From Chloroflexota bacterium (lineage in GTDB: Bacteria; Chloroflexota; Dehalococcoidia; Dehalococcoidales; UBA2162): a stretch of 64,000 nt of DNA. The stretch spans positions 535 to 64,534 of the forward strand of contig JBDRLU010000002.1 in the NCBI GenBank assembly GCA_043812795.1. The letters run 5' to 3'. A program made the position numbers and the translations under genes. This document shows, one piece after another, positions 25,888-35,751 of the stretch. How positions within the stretch are numbered: position 1 is the stretch's first letter; each line of letters opens with the position of its first letter. Below the pieces are notes generated by a model that was given only the letters and a program-made list of their open reading frames with translations, was not told the origin of the DNA and ran no database searches.

Positions 25888-27165
25888 ATGAGAAAGGCGA
25901 TATTACTCCTGCTGGTATCGGTGGTGTTATTCGGGTTATTAGGTTGCGGCCAGGCAGCCGCCGGCCAGGTGCTGCAATCGGATAAGCCGCGCGATACGTC
26001 GCCTGCGGTAGATGAAGCCGGCCTGGCAGCCCTGGTCGATGGTAATAACGCCTTTGCCTTCGATTTGTATCAGACATTAAGACAAGAGGGGGATAACCTG
26101 TTCTACTCGCCATATAGCATATCGGAAGCGCTGGCGATGACTTATGCCGGCGCTCGTGGTGAAACAGAGCAAGATATGGCTGCAGCTCTGGACTTTACAC
26201 TTTCACAGCCACGTTTACATCCTGCCTTCAATAGCCTCGACCTTCAACTCGGGCAGCGCGGTCAGGGAGCTAAGGGTAAGGATGGAGAAGGCTTCCGGCT
26301 GCATGTGGTCAATGCCATCTGGGGACAGAAGGACTATGAGTTCCTGCCGTCTTTTCTCGATGTTCTGGCCCAAAACTACGGGGCCGGGTTGAGGATATTA
26401 GACTTCATTAATGAAACGGAACAATCGCGGTTGACTATCAACCAGTGGGTGAGCGACCAGACGGAGCAGAGGATTAAAGACCTGATACCACCGGGGGTAA
26501 TTGACCGGCTGACGCGGCTCGTCCTGACCAACGCTATCTATTTCAATGCCGCCTGGCAGTACCCTTTTGAAAAGAATGCGACTTCTGATGGTGCATTCCA
26601 GCTTCTTAACGGCAGCGATGTCACGGTACCGATGATGAGACAGACCGAGTCGTTCCGCTATACGGCCGGTGACGGTTATCAGGCGGTGGAATTACCCTAT
26701 GACGGGCAGGAACTTTCGATGGTGATATTGCTGCCTGAAGCGGGACAATTCGAAACTTTTGAGGCGTCGCTGGACTGGGCTCTGGTTAAAGAGGCCATCG
26801 GTGACCTGAAGGCGAATGAAGTGGCGCTGACCATGCCTAAATTCGAGTACGAGTCCAGCGTCGGTTTGAAAGATGCTCTCAGCACGCTGGGCATGGGGGT
26901 GGCTTTCACTCCCGATGCTGACTTTTCCGGTATGGATGGCCGACGTGACCTGCTGATTCAGGACGTGATTCATAAGGCTTTCATCTCGTTGGACGAAGCC
27001 GGCACTGAGGCGGCCGCGGCGACGGCTGTGGTCGTGGGGGTGACCTCGGCACCGGCGGAGATAGTCGAACTCAAAATCGACCGGCCTTTCGTTTACTTCA
27101 TTCGTGACATACCTACCGGTAGCGTGATATTCGTCGGGCGCGTGCTGAATCCGGTGGGGAAATAG
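25888..27165 (+). CDS. serpin-family protease inhibitor with lipoprotein-type signal peptide
   Basis: ..LLLVSVVLFGLLGC.. Serpin body with an inhibitory-type hinge DEAGTEAAAATAVV and ..DRPFVYFIRD... Confidence 0.85.
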   Translation: MRKAILLLLVSVVLFGLLGCGQAAAGQVLQSDKPRDTSPAVDEAGLAALVDGNNAFAFDLYQTLRQEGDNLFYSPYSISEALAMTYAGARGETEQDMAAALDFTLSQPRLHPAFNSLDLQLGQRGQGAKGKDGEGFRLHVVNAIWGQKDYEFLPSFLDVLAQNYGAGLRILDFINETEQSRLTINQWVSDQTEQRIKDLIPPGVIDRLTRLVLTNAIYFNAAWQYPFEKNATSDGAFQLLNGSDVTVPMMRQTESFRYTAGDGYQAVELPYDGQELSMVILLPEAGQFETFEASLDWALVKEAIGDLKANEVALTMPKFEYESSVGLKDALSTLGMGVAFTPDADFSGMDGRRDLLIQDVIHKAFISLDEAGTEAAAATAVVVGVTSAPAEIVELKIDRPFVYFIRDIPTGSVIFVGRVLNPVGK

Positions 27166-27229
27166 AAAGATAGTCGATTGGGTCTCTGGCAACGCGATTA
27201 TTTGTAACTCGCGTCGTGGGCATTTCCCT

Positions 27230-27427
27230 GAAGCTCGACATCTCCCCTGACCTTTTTCCTGGAAGAAGAGGGGAAAAGAGAATAAGTCCCGAAGCTTCGG
27301 GACTTCTGACAACTCCTATTCTCTACCAGAGAGGGGAGTAAATTAATAAAAGAGGGGGCAGTATTGCCTCCTCCTTTTAAGACTATTTCCCCTTCCCTCA
27401 GGGAAGGGGACTAAGGGGATGGGTACC
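27230..27427. repeat. composite cluster of palindromic repeat modules
   Basis: GAATAAGTCCCGAAGCTTCGGGACTTCTGACAACTCCTATTC (27280-27321) matches 42746-42785. TTTCCCCTTCCCTCAGGGAAGGGGACTAAGGGGATGGG (27387-27427) matches 8488-8527. Confidence 0.75.
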
Positions 27428-27438
27428 TTAAAATAACC

Positions 27439-29112
27439 TTACATCTTGTCCGGGGCGGTCATGCCCATGAGGCGCAGGGTACGTGCCAGGACGATTTTAG
27501 CGGCCTCCACCAGCTTGAGGCGGGCCCTGGTTATGGTTTCATCGTCGGAGACGACCCGGCAGTCCTTGTAGAAGCTGTGGAAGGCGGTTGCCATGTCCTG
27601 GGCATAGTAAGTCAGGTGGTGAGGTTCCAGCGCCACGGCCACCCGTTCCACGAGTTCCGGCAGGAGGACGAGCTTGCGGATGAGGGCCAGTTCCGGCTCG
27701 CTGGCCAGCAAAGAAATATCTCCGTCGGCATAATTAATTTTTCTCTCTTTGGCCAGGCGGAGAATGCTGGCGATGCGGGCGTGGGCGTACTGGACGTAAT
27801 AGACCGGGTTATCGGCCGATTGTTTCTTGGCCAGTTCGAGGTCGAAGTCCATCTGGCTGTCCGCCGAGCGGGAGAGGAAGAAGAAACGGCAGGCATCGGT
27901 GCCGACTTCTTCGGCCACCTCGCGTAACGTGATAATATCACCGCTGCGCTTGGAGACACGGACGAGTTCTTCACCGCGCTTCAGCGTCACCATCTGTGAA
28001 ATAAGTATCTTGAGCCGCTCCGGGTTGATGCCGAGAGCACCGACCACGGCTTTCATACGGGGCACATGGCCCTGGTGGTCGGCACCCCAGATATCGATGA
28101 CCTTGTCGAATTTGCGTTCGACGAATTTATTGTAGTGATAGGCGATATCGGCGCCGAAGTAGGTCGGCGTGCCGTCGCCGCGGATGACGACGTTGTCTTT
28201 ATCTTCGCCGAGGGCGGTCGAGACAAACCAGGTGGCATCTTCTTTTTCGGAGATAAAACCGCTCTGGCGCAGGAGCGACATTACCGTCTGAAATTCTCCT
28301 TTTTCATATAGAGTCTTCTCGCTGAACCAGACATCAAAGGTCACACCGAGGAGAGCGAGGTCGTTTTTAATTTGTTCCAGCATTTTGCTGACGCCAAGCT
28401 GGCCGATTTGAGCGATGGCTTCCGCCTCGGGCATCTCCAGGAAGGTCTTACCTTTTTCGGCGATAATTTCTTGGGCCAGGTCGATGAGGTAGGGACCGAC
28501 GTAGCCTTCTGCCGGCATTTCGGCCTCGACGCCTGAGCTCTGCTTATAACGGGCATAGAGCGACTGGTAGAAGGCGTTCATCTGGCCGCCGGCGTCGTTG
28601 ATGTAATATTCCTTTTCGACTTTATTGCCGGCAGCGGCGAGCACGCTGGCCAGAGCGCTGCCGAGGATAGCCCCCCGCCCGTGCCCCACATGGAGGGGGC
28701 CGGTGGGATTGACGCTAACAAATTCAATCTGGATGCGGCAGCCTTTGCCGAGGTCGATATTGCCGTAGTTCTCACCCGCCTGCAGGATAAAACCAACCTG
28801 GTCGGTGAGCCAGCCTGTTTTGAGAGTGAAATTGATGAAGCCGGGCGGCGCCGCCACCACGCTTTCGATTTCCGGCGAGGGGGTAATCAGTTCCACCAGG
28901 TCCTGGGCGATGGTCATCGGTTTGGTGCCGGTGGCACGGGCCAGTTTCAATGGAAAGCTGGAGGCATAATCGCCGTGGTCGGCGTTTTGCGGGCGTTCGA
29001 TAAAAGCCTCCGGCAAAGCTACCGCCGGCAGCTTGCCCGCCTGCTGGGCTTTCTGGGCGGCTTCCATCAACTGTGCCGCCAGCCTCTGTTTCAATTCTAA
29101 TACGTCGCTCAT
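27439..29112 (-). CDS. argS: arginine--tRNA ligase
   Basis: 557 aa. ..[14 protein letters not shown].. (HIGH) and C-terminal DALR anticodon-binding region ending ..[14 protein letters not shown]. Confidence 0.95.
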   Translation of the reverse strand: MSDVLELKQRLAAQLMEAAQKAQQAGKLPAVALPEAFIERPQNADHGDYASSFPLKLARATGTKPMTIAQDLVELITPSPEIESVVAAPPGFINFTLKTGWLTDQVGFILQAGENYGNIDLGKGCRIQIEFVSVNPTGPLHVGHGRGAILGSALASVLAAAGNKVEKEYYINDAGGQMNAFYQSLYARYKQSSGVEAEMPAEGYVGPYLIDLAQEIIAEKGKTFLEMPEAEAIAQIGQLGVSKMLEQIKNDLALLGVTFDVWFSEKTLYEKGEFQTVMSLLRQSGFISEKEDATWFVSTALGEDKDNVVIRGDGTPTYFGADIAYHYNKFVERKFDKVIDIWGADHQGHVPRMKAVVGALGINPERLKILISQMVTLKRGEELVRVSKRSGDIITLREVAEEVGTDACRFFFLSRSADSQMDFDLELAKKQSADNPVYYVQYAHARIASILRLAKERKINYADGDISLLASEPELALIRKLVLLPELVERVAVALEPHHLTYYAQDMATAFHSFYKDCRVVSDDETITRARLKLVEAAKIVLARTLRLMGMTAPDKM

Positions 29113-29128
29113 TTTGTCTTCACAATTC

Positions 29129-29237
29129 TAAGAGGTTGTTTAGTGATGTCATTCTGAAGGAGGACGCTGAAGGCGGACGACTGAACGAATCCGTACTTCC
29201 ACGTAGGGAACGGATTCTTCGCTTTGCTCAGAATGAC
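29129..29237. repeat. palindromic repeat modules in the argS 5' leader
   Basis: AGAGGTTGTTTAG (also at 1214-1228), then GTCATTCTGAAGG...ACGGATTCTTCGCTTTGCTCAGAATGAC. Confidence 0.7.
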
Positions 29238-29353
29238 AATTGATATGCTACACCCTCTATTCTAAAGTAGTTGACTCACGAATTATAGCATATTCAGGAG
29301 AGGAAAATACTGTTCATCATTTCTTCGTACCCTGTTCCCCAAAGTGTGCTATT

Positions 29354-30394
29354 TCACTTGACTAGGCAACTAAACTCATTATATCGGTCACGCAGCCGTT
29401 TTGAGAGTTTGCGGGAGTCTAAGTAAACGGGATCAGCGATTAATAGCGACACACGAATAACACCTACGTCTGCGTACTGTTTATTTAAGACTGATTGCAC
29501 GTACTCCTGTCGTGGTTCTTTGTGCATATTTACTGGAATGAGTGGAGGATACTTTTGCTCATATGCTTTAAAAGCGTTTGAGCTTTTCTGTAAGGCGCTG
29601 TGTAGTTGACTCATGCGTTCGTATCCAACTGCCCGTAATTCTTCTATAAGCTCTGAAATGCTTCTAGGCTCGGAATGAGTTCTATCGGGGTATGTTTTCT
29701 GAAGGTAAGCAGACAAAGTGTCAAGATTGATTTCCTCAGATTCAATATCTTTTAGCCGTTCTGCTTTTCCTACAGCTGCTTCTCGTGCTTCCTGACTGGA
29801 ACGGAAGAACAATTCAAAGTGGCTGTCTGCAAGGTAAAATAGTGCGCTAAGTGCGTTGAAGTCTTTTCTCAGAGAAGATGGAATGGCGTTTGGTGACTTG
29901 TAATCGAGGTAGTGGGATACCGTTGCCCATGCATGCATAGCAATTGTTCTTACTTGGATTTCAAACTTTAGCCTCTTCAGGTCATCGTATCGCGGGCCGC
30001 TACAACTTTCTGGTAGAGTGCAGACATAATGAACTGAGAAATAGCCAAATGCATCTTCAGGCTTCGCGCTAATTTTATCATCCTTAGTTTGGACGCTAAA
30101 ATTCGATTCGATGAGTTCGTCTATACGCCGAAGGTCAGACAGGAATAGACATATTACGCGAACACCGCATATGTCGAGAATGGTGTCGAAGGGTGATTCG
30201 CTTTCTTGGCGGGATATCTTCTCAATAAAAGACTCGAAAGGTTTAATTCGGGAGCTGATATCATGTAAAGGGATGTGTTGCTCTTGTAGGCATCGTTCCA
30301 GAATAAAGGTGGCCTCGCCTTTAAGTCGCTCATACCGTGGTCTCCTTTGCTCATATTCTTTATGCAAAACTGTCACGTTTATATTCATAACCAC
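29354..30394 (-). CDS. RelA/SpoT-domain nucleotide pyrophosphokinase (SAS/toxSAS-like) with an uncharacterised C-terminal domain
   Basis: Motifs SRIKPFESFIEKI, DICGVRVICLF, FGYFSVHYV and FEIQVRTIAMHAWATVSHYLDYK fall in residues about 45-165. Total length is 346 aa. G+C is markedly lower than the flanks. Strong SD GGGAGGTGG. Confidence 0.85.
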   Translation of the reverse strand: MVMNINVTVLHKEYEQRRPRYERLKGEATFILERCLQEQHIPLHDISSRIKPFESFIEKISRQESESPFDTILDICGVRVICLFLSDLRRIDELIESNFSVQTKDDKISAKPEDAFGYFSVHYVCTLPESCSGPRYDDLKRLKFEIQVRTIAMHAWATVSHYLDYKSPNAIPSSLRKDFNALSALFYLADSHFELFFRSSQEAREAAVGKAERLKDIESEEINLDTLSAYLQKTYPDRTHSEPRSISELIEELRAVGYERMSQLHSALQKSSNAFKAYEQKYPPLIPVNMHKEPRQEYVQSVLNKQYADVGVIRVSLLIADPVYLDSRKLSKRLRDRYNEFSCLVK

Positions 30395-30438
30395 CTCCCT
30401 CCTTTCTTCTTAGGTGAACAGTATGCCCAGCCTATATT

Positions 30439-32898
30439 TTAGCTCCACTCGGCCGCTTCCGGCCAGACGCGGGCCAGTTCTTTAATAAGGAGAGCATGTT
30501 CCGGTTTTTTCAGATTGGGGTCTTCCTCGAAGAGACGGGTGGCCTCGTTGCGGGCAAGCTCTAAGATAGCGACGTCGCTAAGTTTGGCCATGCGTAAATC
30601 GGGCAGGCCGCTCTGGCGGGTGCCGAAAAATTCCCCGGGGCCACGCAGCCGTAAATCTTCCTCGGCTAATTTGAAGCCGTCGTGGACTTTTTCGATGATA
30701 TCGAGACGCTCCCGTCCGATTTCAGAGGGGTGCTCGGCCAGCAACATACAGTAGCTTTGCTCCGGCCCCCGCCCCACCCGGCCGCGGAACTGGTGCAACT
30801 GGGACAGGCCGAAGCGGTCGGCACTTTCCACCATCATGACGGTAGCATTGGGAATATCGATGCCGACCTCGATGACAGGCGTGGCTACCAGAATGTGCAT
30901 CTCGCCGGCACGGAACTGCCGCATCACGTCGTCTTTCTCCACGGCGGACATCCGTCCGTGTATTAAGCCGAGCCGCAGGTCGGGGAAAACTTCCCGGGAT
31001 AATCGTTCGTATTCGGCGATGGCAGCGCGGGCCTGGATGGCCTCGGACTCCTCGACCAGCGGACAGAGGATAAAAGCCTGCCGACCTTCGGCAATCTGGC
31101 GGCGGATGAAAGCATAGGCACTTTCCCGCTGCTCCGGCCTGAGCCACCTGGTCTTTATTATCTGCCTCCCCGGCGGAAGCTGGTCGAGGACAGACAGGTC
31201 GAGGTCGCCGTACAGCGTCAGCGCCAGGGTACGGGGGATGGGGGTGGCCGTCATTACCAGGACGTGCGGGTTAAAACCCTTCTGTCGCAGGGCAGAACGC
31301 TGTGTCACGCCGAAACGGTGCTGCTCGTCCACCACAGCCAGACCCAGCTTCGGAAATTCGACATCCTCTTGAATAAGGGCGTGGGTGCCGATTAATAAAT
31401 CGATTTTGCCGTCCAGCAGGCACTGCTGCAGTATCTGTTTTCGGGATTGTTTAATATCGCCGGTGAGGAGGGCGACGGTCAAGGGGCGGGGTAAAATCCC
31501 GGAATAGCTGCGGAGGCAGTCCTCTTCTTGCTCTAGCCGGCCGGCTCTCTCGAGTAGCTGGCTGATGGTAGCAAAATGCTGCTCGGCGAGAATTTCAGTC
31601 GGGGCCATGAAAGCCCCCTGGTAGCCGTTGGCGGCGGCCATCAGCAGTCCGGCGGTGGCGACCACCGTCTTACCGCTGCCGACATCGCCCTGCAGCAAGC
31701 GGGACATTGCCCGCGGTCTCTTCAAGTCGGACATCAGCTCGTTCAGCACTTTTTGCTGTGCCGGAGTTAAGGAGAAGGGCAGGGAGTGGATAAATTTGTC
31801 GAAGATGGCGGGGTGAAGGGTAAGGGGGTGGCCCGGCTGGCCCTCCTGCCAGCTCCGTTTTTTGCTCATTACGCCCAGTTGCAGGATAAAAAGCTCATCG
31901 AAAGCGAGGCGGATTCTTGCCCGCTGGCGTATCTCATCGTTTTCGGGAAAATGTGCCTGGCTGATAGCCTGCGGCAAGTCAAGTAACTTCTGTCTGTCTT
32001 TCAAGGCGGGCGGGAGAAAATCGCTCAACTGTCCGGCCCAACCGTCGACGGCCTCTTTCATTAGTTTTCTGACCTGGCGGGGGTAGAGCCCCTGGGTGAG
32101 GGGATATAACGGTACCAGCCGTCCGGCATGGACCAGTTCCTGGTCTTCAAAGAATTCCCATTCCGGCGACTCGAAGACGTAGCGCCCTTTGAAAACCCCG
32201 ACTCGCCCGCTGAGGATTATCCGGCTATTGGTGGTCAGTCTTTTGACTAAATACGGGTTATTAAACCAGACGACGCGGACGTTCCCGGTCTCATCACCGA
32301 CGGTGGCCTCGGTGCTGCGGCGGCGACCGCCCAGCCGGATTTCGTGTGCCTCCCATACATTAGCCACGATGGTCTCTTCCTTGCCTTCGGTAAGCTGCGA
32401 GATAGTCTTCCGCTGGCTGTAGTCGAGGTGGCGGTTGGGGAAGAAATAGAGCATATCCCGAATTGTCCGTACGCCCAGTTTATTGAATTTCCCGGCCAGG
32501 CTGGTGCTGATGCCTTTAACAGCAGTAATCGGGGAGTTAATCGACTGGGTCGGTGTTATCTTTTTAACCGGCCGTTTGAGGGTAGATGAACGTGGGATAG
32601 GTCGGGAACCGGTTGTCTTTTCTTTGCTTTCATCGCCTCGTTCCGCCTCGGTCAGGAAAGTGAGCACGCTCTCTATCCAGTCGCGGCGTTGCTCTCTGGT
32701 CAATCCCGCATAGTTGGACTGGGCTAAGCCCAGCTTCTTGAAGCGCGCGAGCAAACGCGGCCGGGTGATGCTTCCGGCGGCGCCCGCCGCCCAGTTGTGG
32801 AGAAATCTGTCCAGGCCACCCATAACGGCGGCATCGGTATAGTCCTTTTTGCCTTCTAGCTCGAGGATTTTGCGTAGCGCTTCGGTATTTAACGGCAA
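30439..32898 (-). CDS. recG: ATP-dependent DNA helicase RecG
   Basis: 819 aa with a wedge/OB domain, then helicase motifs ..LQGDVGSGKT.., ..VVDEQHRFG.., ..MTATPIPRT.., ..QLHQFRGRVGRG... Confidence 0.95.
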   Translation of the reverse strand: MPLNTEALRKILELEGKKDYTDAAVMGGLDRFLHNWAAGAAGSITRPRLLARFKKLGLAQSNYAGLTREQRRDWIESVLTFLTEAERGDESKEKTTGSRPIPRSSTLKRPVKKITPTQSINSPITAVKGISTSLAGKFNKLGVRTIRDMLYFFPNRHLDYSQRKTISQLTEGKEETIVANVWEAHEIRLGGRRRSTEATVGDETGNVRVVWFNNPYLVKRLTTNSRIILSGRVGVFKGRYVFESPEWEFFEDQELVHAGRLVPLYPLTQGLYPRQVRKLMKEAVDGWAGQLSDFLPPALKDRQKLLDLPQAISQAHFPENDEIRQRARIRLAFDELFILQLGVMSKKRSWQEGQPGHPLTLHPAIFDKFIHSLPFSLTPAQQKVLNELMSDLKRPRAMSRLLQGDVGSGKTVVATAGLLMAAANGYQGAFMAPTEILAEQHFATISQLLERAGRLEQEEDCLRSYSGILPRPLTVALLTGDIKQSRKQILQQCLLDGKIDLLIGTHALIQEDVEFPKLGLAVVDEQHRFGVTQRSALRQKGFNPHVLVMTATPIPRTLALTLYGDLDLSVLDQLPPGRQIIKTRWLRPEQRESAYAFIRRQIAEGRQAFILCPLVEESEAIQARAAIAEYERLSREVFPDLRLGLIHGRMSAVEKDDVMRQFRAGEMHILVATPVIEVGIDIPNATVMMVESADRFGLSQLHQFRGRVGRGPEQSYCMLLAEHPSEIGRERLDIIEKVHDGFKLAEEDLRLRGPGEFFGTRQSGLPDLRMAKLSDVAILELARNEATRLFEEDPNLKKPEHALLIKELARVWPEAAEWS

Positions 32899-32943
32899 GA
32901 CCCGGCTCCATTATTGGGGTTAATACTCATAGGGTTATTTTAC

Positions 32944-33092
32944 CCGCTCGTGGTGAGCTTGTCGAACCACGAGTTATCCCTTCGACAGGCTCAGGGTGAC
33001 CGGGCTATATTAAGACTTGAGCGAGCGAAGTCGGATATTTTTGTCGCCGTTCCCTGGTGGTGAATACGGATTCTTCGCTACACTCAGAATGA
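32944..33092. repeat. palindromic repeat modules (bipartite element in reverse orientation plus half of a GTCATTCTGAG-type hairpin)
   Basis: CCGCTCGTGGTGAGCTTGTCGAACCACGAG..CCCTTCGACAGGCTCAGGGTGACCGG (32944-33004) and ACGGATTCTTCGCTACACTCAGAATGAC (33066-33092). Confidence 0.75.
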
Positions 33093-33105
33093 CAGTTTGC
33101 TGTCT

Positions 33106-33945
33106 TTACTCGCCCTCGAGGAAACTGAGGGCCATTGCTCCGGGGCCGCCGTGCGTTCCCAGCACCGGGCTTACCGTTGACCGGTAGATACGCTCTTTAG
33201 GGAAGAACTGAGTTAAACGCTCGACCAGCTGGTCGGCGGCTTCCGGGTTAGTCGTGTGTTCTACGGCCAGCTCCTCGACTTTGGGAGAGGAGGCAATCAC
33301 ATTATAGAGATAATCGATACCGGCGATTAAGGAGCGTACCCGGGTAAGCGGGGCCATCTCACCATCTTTTATCGTCAGTATGGGTTTGACGGATAACAGC
33401 GAGCCCAGCAGTCCCTGTGCCTTGCCGATACGCCCTCCCTTAGCCAGGTATTTCAGTGTATCGAAGTAAGCGACAAAATGGGCCCGGTTCATCACCCGTT
33501 GCACATAATCAACTATCTCGTCGAGCTTAGCTCCGCTCTGGGCCATCTTGGCGGCGTTAATGACGATTAGCCCTAACCCCATGGCTACCGTGCGTGAATC
33601 AATGACTTCGATGCGGCATTTTTTGGTTACCAGGCTCTTGGCGCTTAAGGCCGACTGATAAGTGCCGCTCAGCCGGCTTGACACCGTGACGGTAAGTATC
33701 TGGTCGGTTTCCTCGGCTAACTTGTTATACACGTCGGCAAAGGCAGCGGGAGAAGGCTGGGTGGTCGTCGGCCAGATACTGTCGTGGGCCAGCCTGTCAT
33801 AAAACTTATCCGTGGTGATGGTGACGCGGTCGAGAAAAGACTCATGACCAAAAAGAACGGTCAACGGTACCACGGTAACGGCCAGCTTTTGCGCCAGGTC
33901 GCTGGTGATATCGGACAAACTATCGGTAACAACCTTGACTGTCAT
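33106..33945 (-). CDS. DegV-family fatty-acid-binding protein (FakB-like)
   Basis: MTVKVVTDSLSDI..; ..TTTQPSPAAFADVY..; 279 aa. Adjacent to the DAK2 gene. Confidence 0.9.
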   Translation of the reverse strand: MTVKVVTDSLSDITSDLAQKLAVTVVPLTVLFGHESFLDRVTITTDKFYDRLAHDSIWPTTTQPSPAAFADVYNKLAEETDQILTVTVSSRLSGTYQSALSAKSLVTKKCRIEVIDSRTVAMGLGLIVINAAKMAQSGAKLDEIVDYVQRVMNRAHFVAYFDTLKYLAKGGRIGKAQGLLGSLLSVKPILTIKDGEMAPLTRVRSLIAGIDYLYNVIASSPKVEELAVEHTTNPEAADQLVERLTQFFPKERIYRSTVSPVLGTHGGPGAMALSFLEGE

Positions 33946-34026
33946 GGCGTTGGTCCTCCCCGATTTCTCATTTTTAGCTTAAACTATTTCCCGCCCTTAT
34001 ATATTCCACCGAATATTGTTCGGTAT

Positions 34027-35661
34027 TTATTCGATGGAGACGATATAGTTATAGTGAGGTTGGTTACCTTTTACTACCTCGGTCTGTAGTTGCGGGTATT
34101 CCTCATGAATGCTGGAGCTGATTTCTTCGGCTTCATCCGGCTGGATACCATCCCCGTAGTAGATGGTAATCACTTCGGTATTATTTAAGTCCATTTTGGT
34201 CAGTAACTTCGTTATAACATCAAGGGCGTCTTTGCCAGTGGCCAGCAGGTTGCCATCGAGCAGGCCGATAGCCTGTCTTTTCCTGATATCGAGGCCGTTC
34301 AAGCGGGTGGAGCGTATCGCCCGCGTAATCTCGATTGTTTTGACACGGCCGGCGGCCTCTTTCATCAACCGGGCGTTGGTCTCAAAATCGGCTTCATAAT
34401 CAAAAGCGAGCAGGGAAGCCACACCCTGCGGGATTGTTTCCGTCGGTACCACTTCCACCTTTTTGTCGGTGAGCGATTGGACTTGCTGTGCCGTGAGCAC
34501 GACGTTCTTATTGTTGGGCAAAAGAATCACTTTGTCCGAGGCCACCGCTTTTACTGCCTGCAGCAGTTCTTTAGTACTCGGGTTCATCGTCTGCCCGCCG
34601 GGTACGATGGCACTCACGCCGAGGCTGGTAAAGACTTCGGAAAGGCCGTCGCCGGCGACAACGGCCACGGTGGCAATGTCAACCTCCGGCACTCTTTCTT
34701 TTTGCATGGCCAGATAGTCCTGGTGCTGTTCGTCCATATTACGAATACTGACCTGATGCATGGTACCGAGAGAAGTGGCGTAGCCGATGACTTCGCCCGG
34801 CTCCAGAGTATGGATATGTACCCGGGCCGTGTTTTCATCCCCGACGACGATGAGGGATTCACCTTTCTTACGCAGTCTCGCCCTGATTTTTTCGGGCTTC
34901 AGTTTCTGTCCTTTCAGGAGAAACTCGGTGCAGTAGCCGAAAGGTACTTCTTCGGTCGGCATGATGCGGGATACCCGGGCCGGCTGGGGTACACTGCTGG
35001 CAATCATCTGGGGCTTGCGGAACTGCATTTGTTCAGCTTCGCCTCTCAAATAGCGGAGAGCGCCTTCCAGAATAGTGTACAGACCTTGTCCGCCGGCATC
35101 CACCACACCCGCCTGTCTCAGCGCCGGCAGTAGGGTCGGGGTATCGGCCACGGACTCATTGGCGGCGCTGACTGCCGCTTCCAGGACTGAGACGAGGTCG
35201 TTATCGTCGCTGGCGGCTTGCTCTTTGGCCGCCGCGGCAGCATCTTTGGCGACGGTAAGGATTGTCCCCTCGACGGGATTACTTATGCCTTTATAAGCCA
35301 TCGTAGCTGCCAGTTGCAGGGCCTTGGCAAAATCAGCGCCGGTTAGCGTTTCTTTCGCGGCGATGCCATTGGCTAAGCCGCGCCAGATTTGGGAAAGGAT
35401 GACGCCGCTATTACCTCTCGCCCCCATCAGCGCCCCCCTCGCCATCGCCTGTACCACATTGCCGACGGTAGAGTCGCCTCCCTGAAAGGCTTCCTCGATA
35501 CTGGAACGCATGGTCAGCAGCATATTGGTGCCGGTATCGCCATCGGGTACCGGGAAGACATTCAGGGCGTCAATGTCGGAGGCGCTTTTTTACAGCCAGT
35601 TAGTGGCGGTAGCGAACATTTCCCGGAATTCCTGTCCGTTGATAGATTCGATATGTTTCAT
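34027..35661 (-). pseudogene. DAK2-domain protein (YloV/FakA-like) interrupted by an in-frame TAA
   Basis: Hand translation from ATG 35661 gives [53 protein letters not shown]... The stop is at 35590-35592. The remainder (track ORF 34027-35523) is intact. Confidence 0.8.
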
Positions 35662-35751
35662 TTCAATATCATCCTTGCTAAATAGAGCCTGCTTATGATA
35701 TTATGCAGCATGTTACCGTAAAAACAATCTAAAGGTCAAGGGGATAGAAAA

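Noticed and set aside
35590-35592. The idea that the in-frame TAA in the DAK2 gene reflects a reassigned stop codon.
   Set aside because: TAA terminates several well-aligned genes in this window at the expected position, for example the mutase subunit at 1100-1102, rpsF at 9077-9079 and rpmA at 20251-20253. A global reassignment is therefore not supported.
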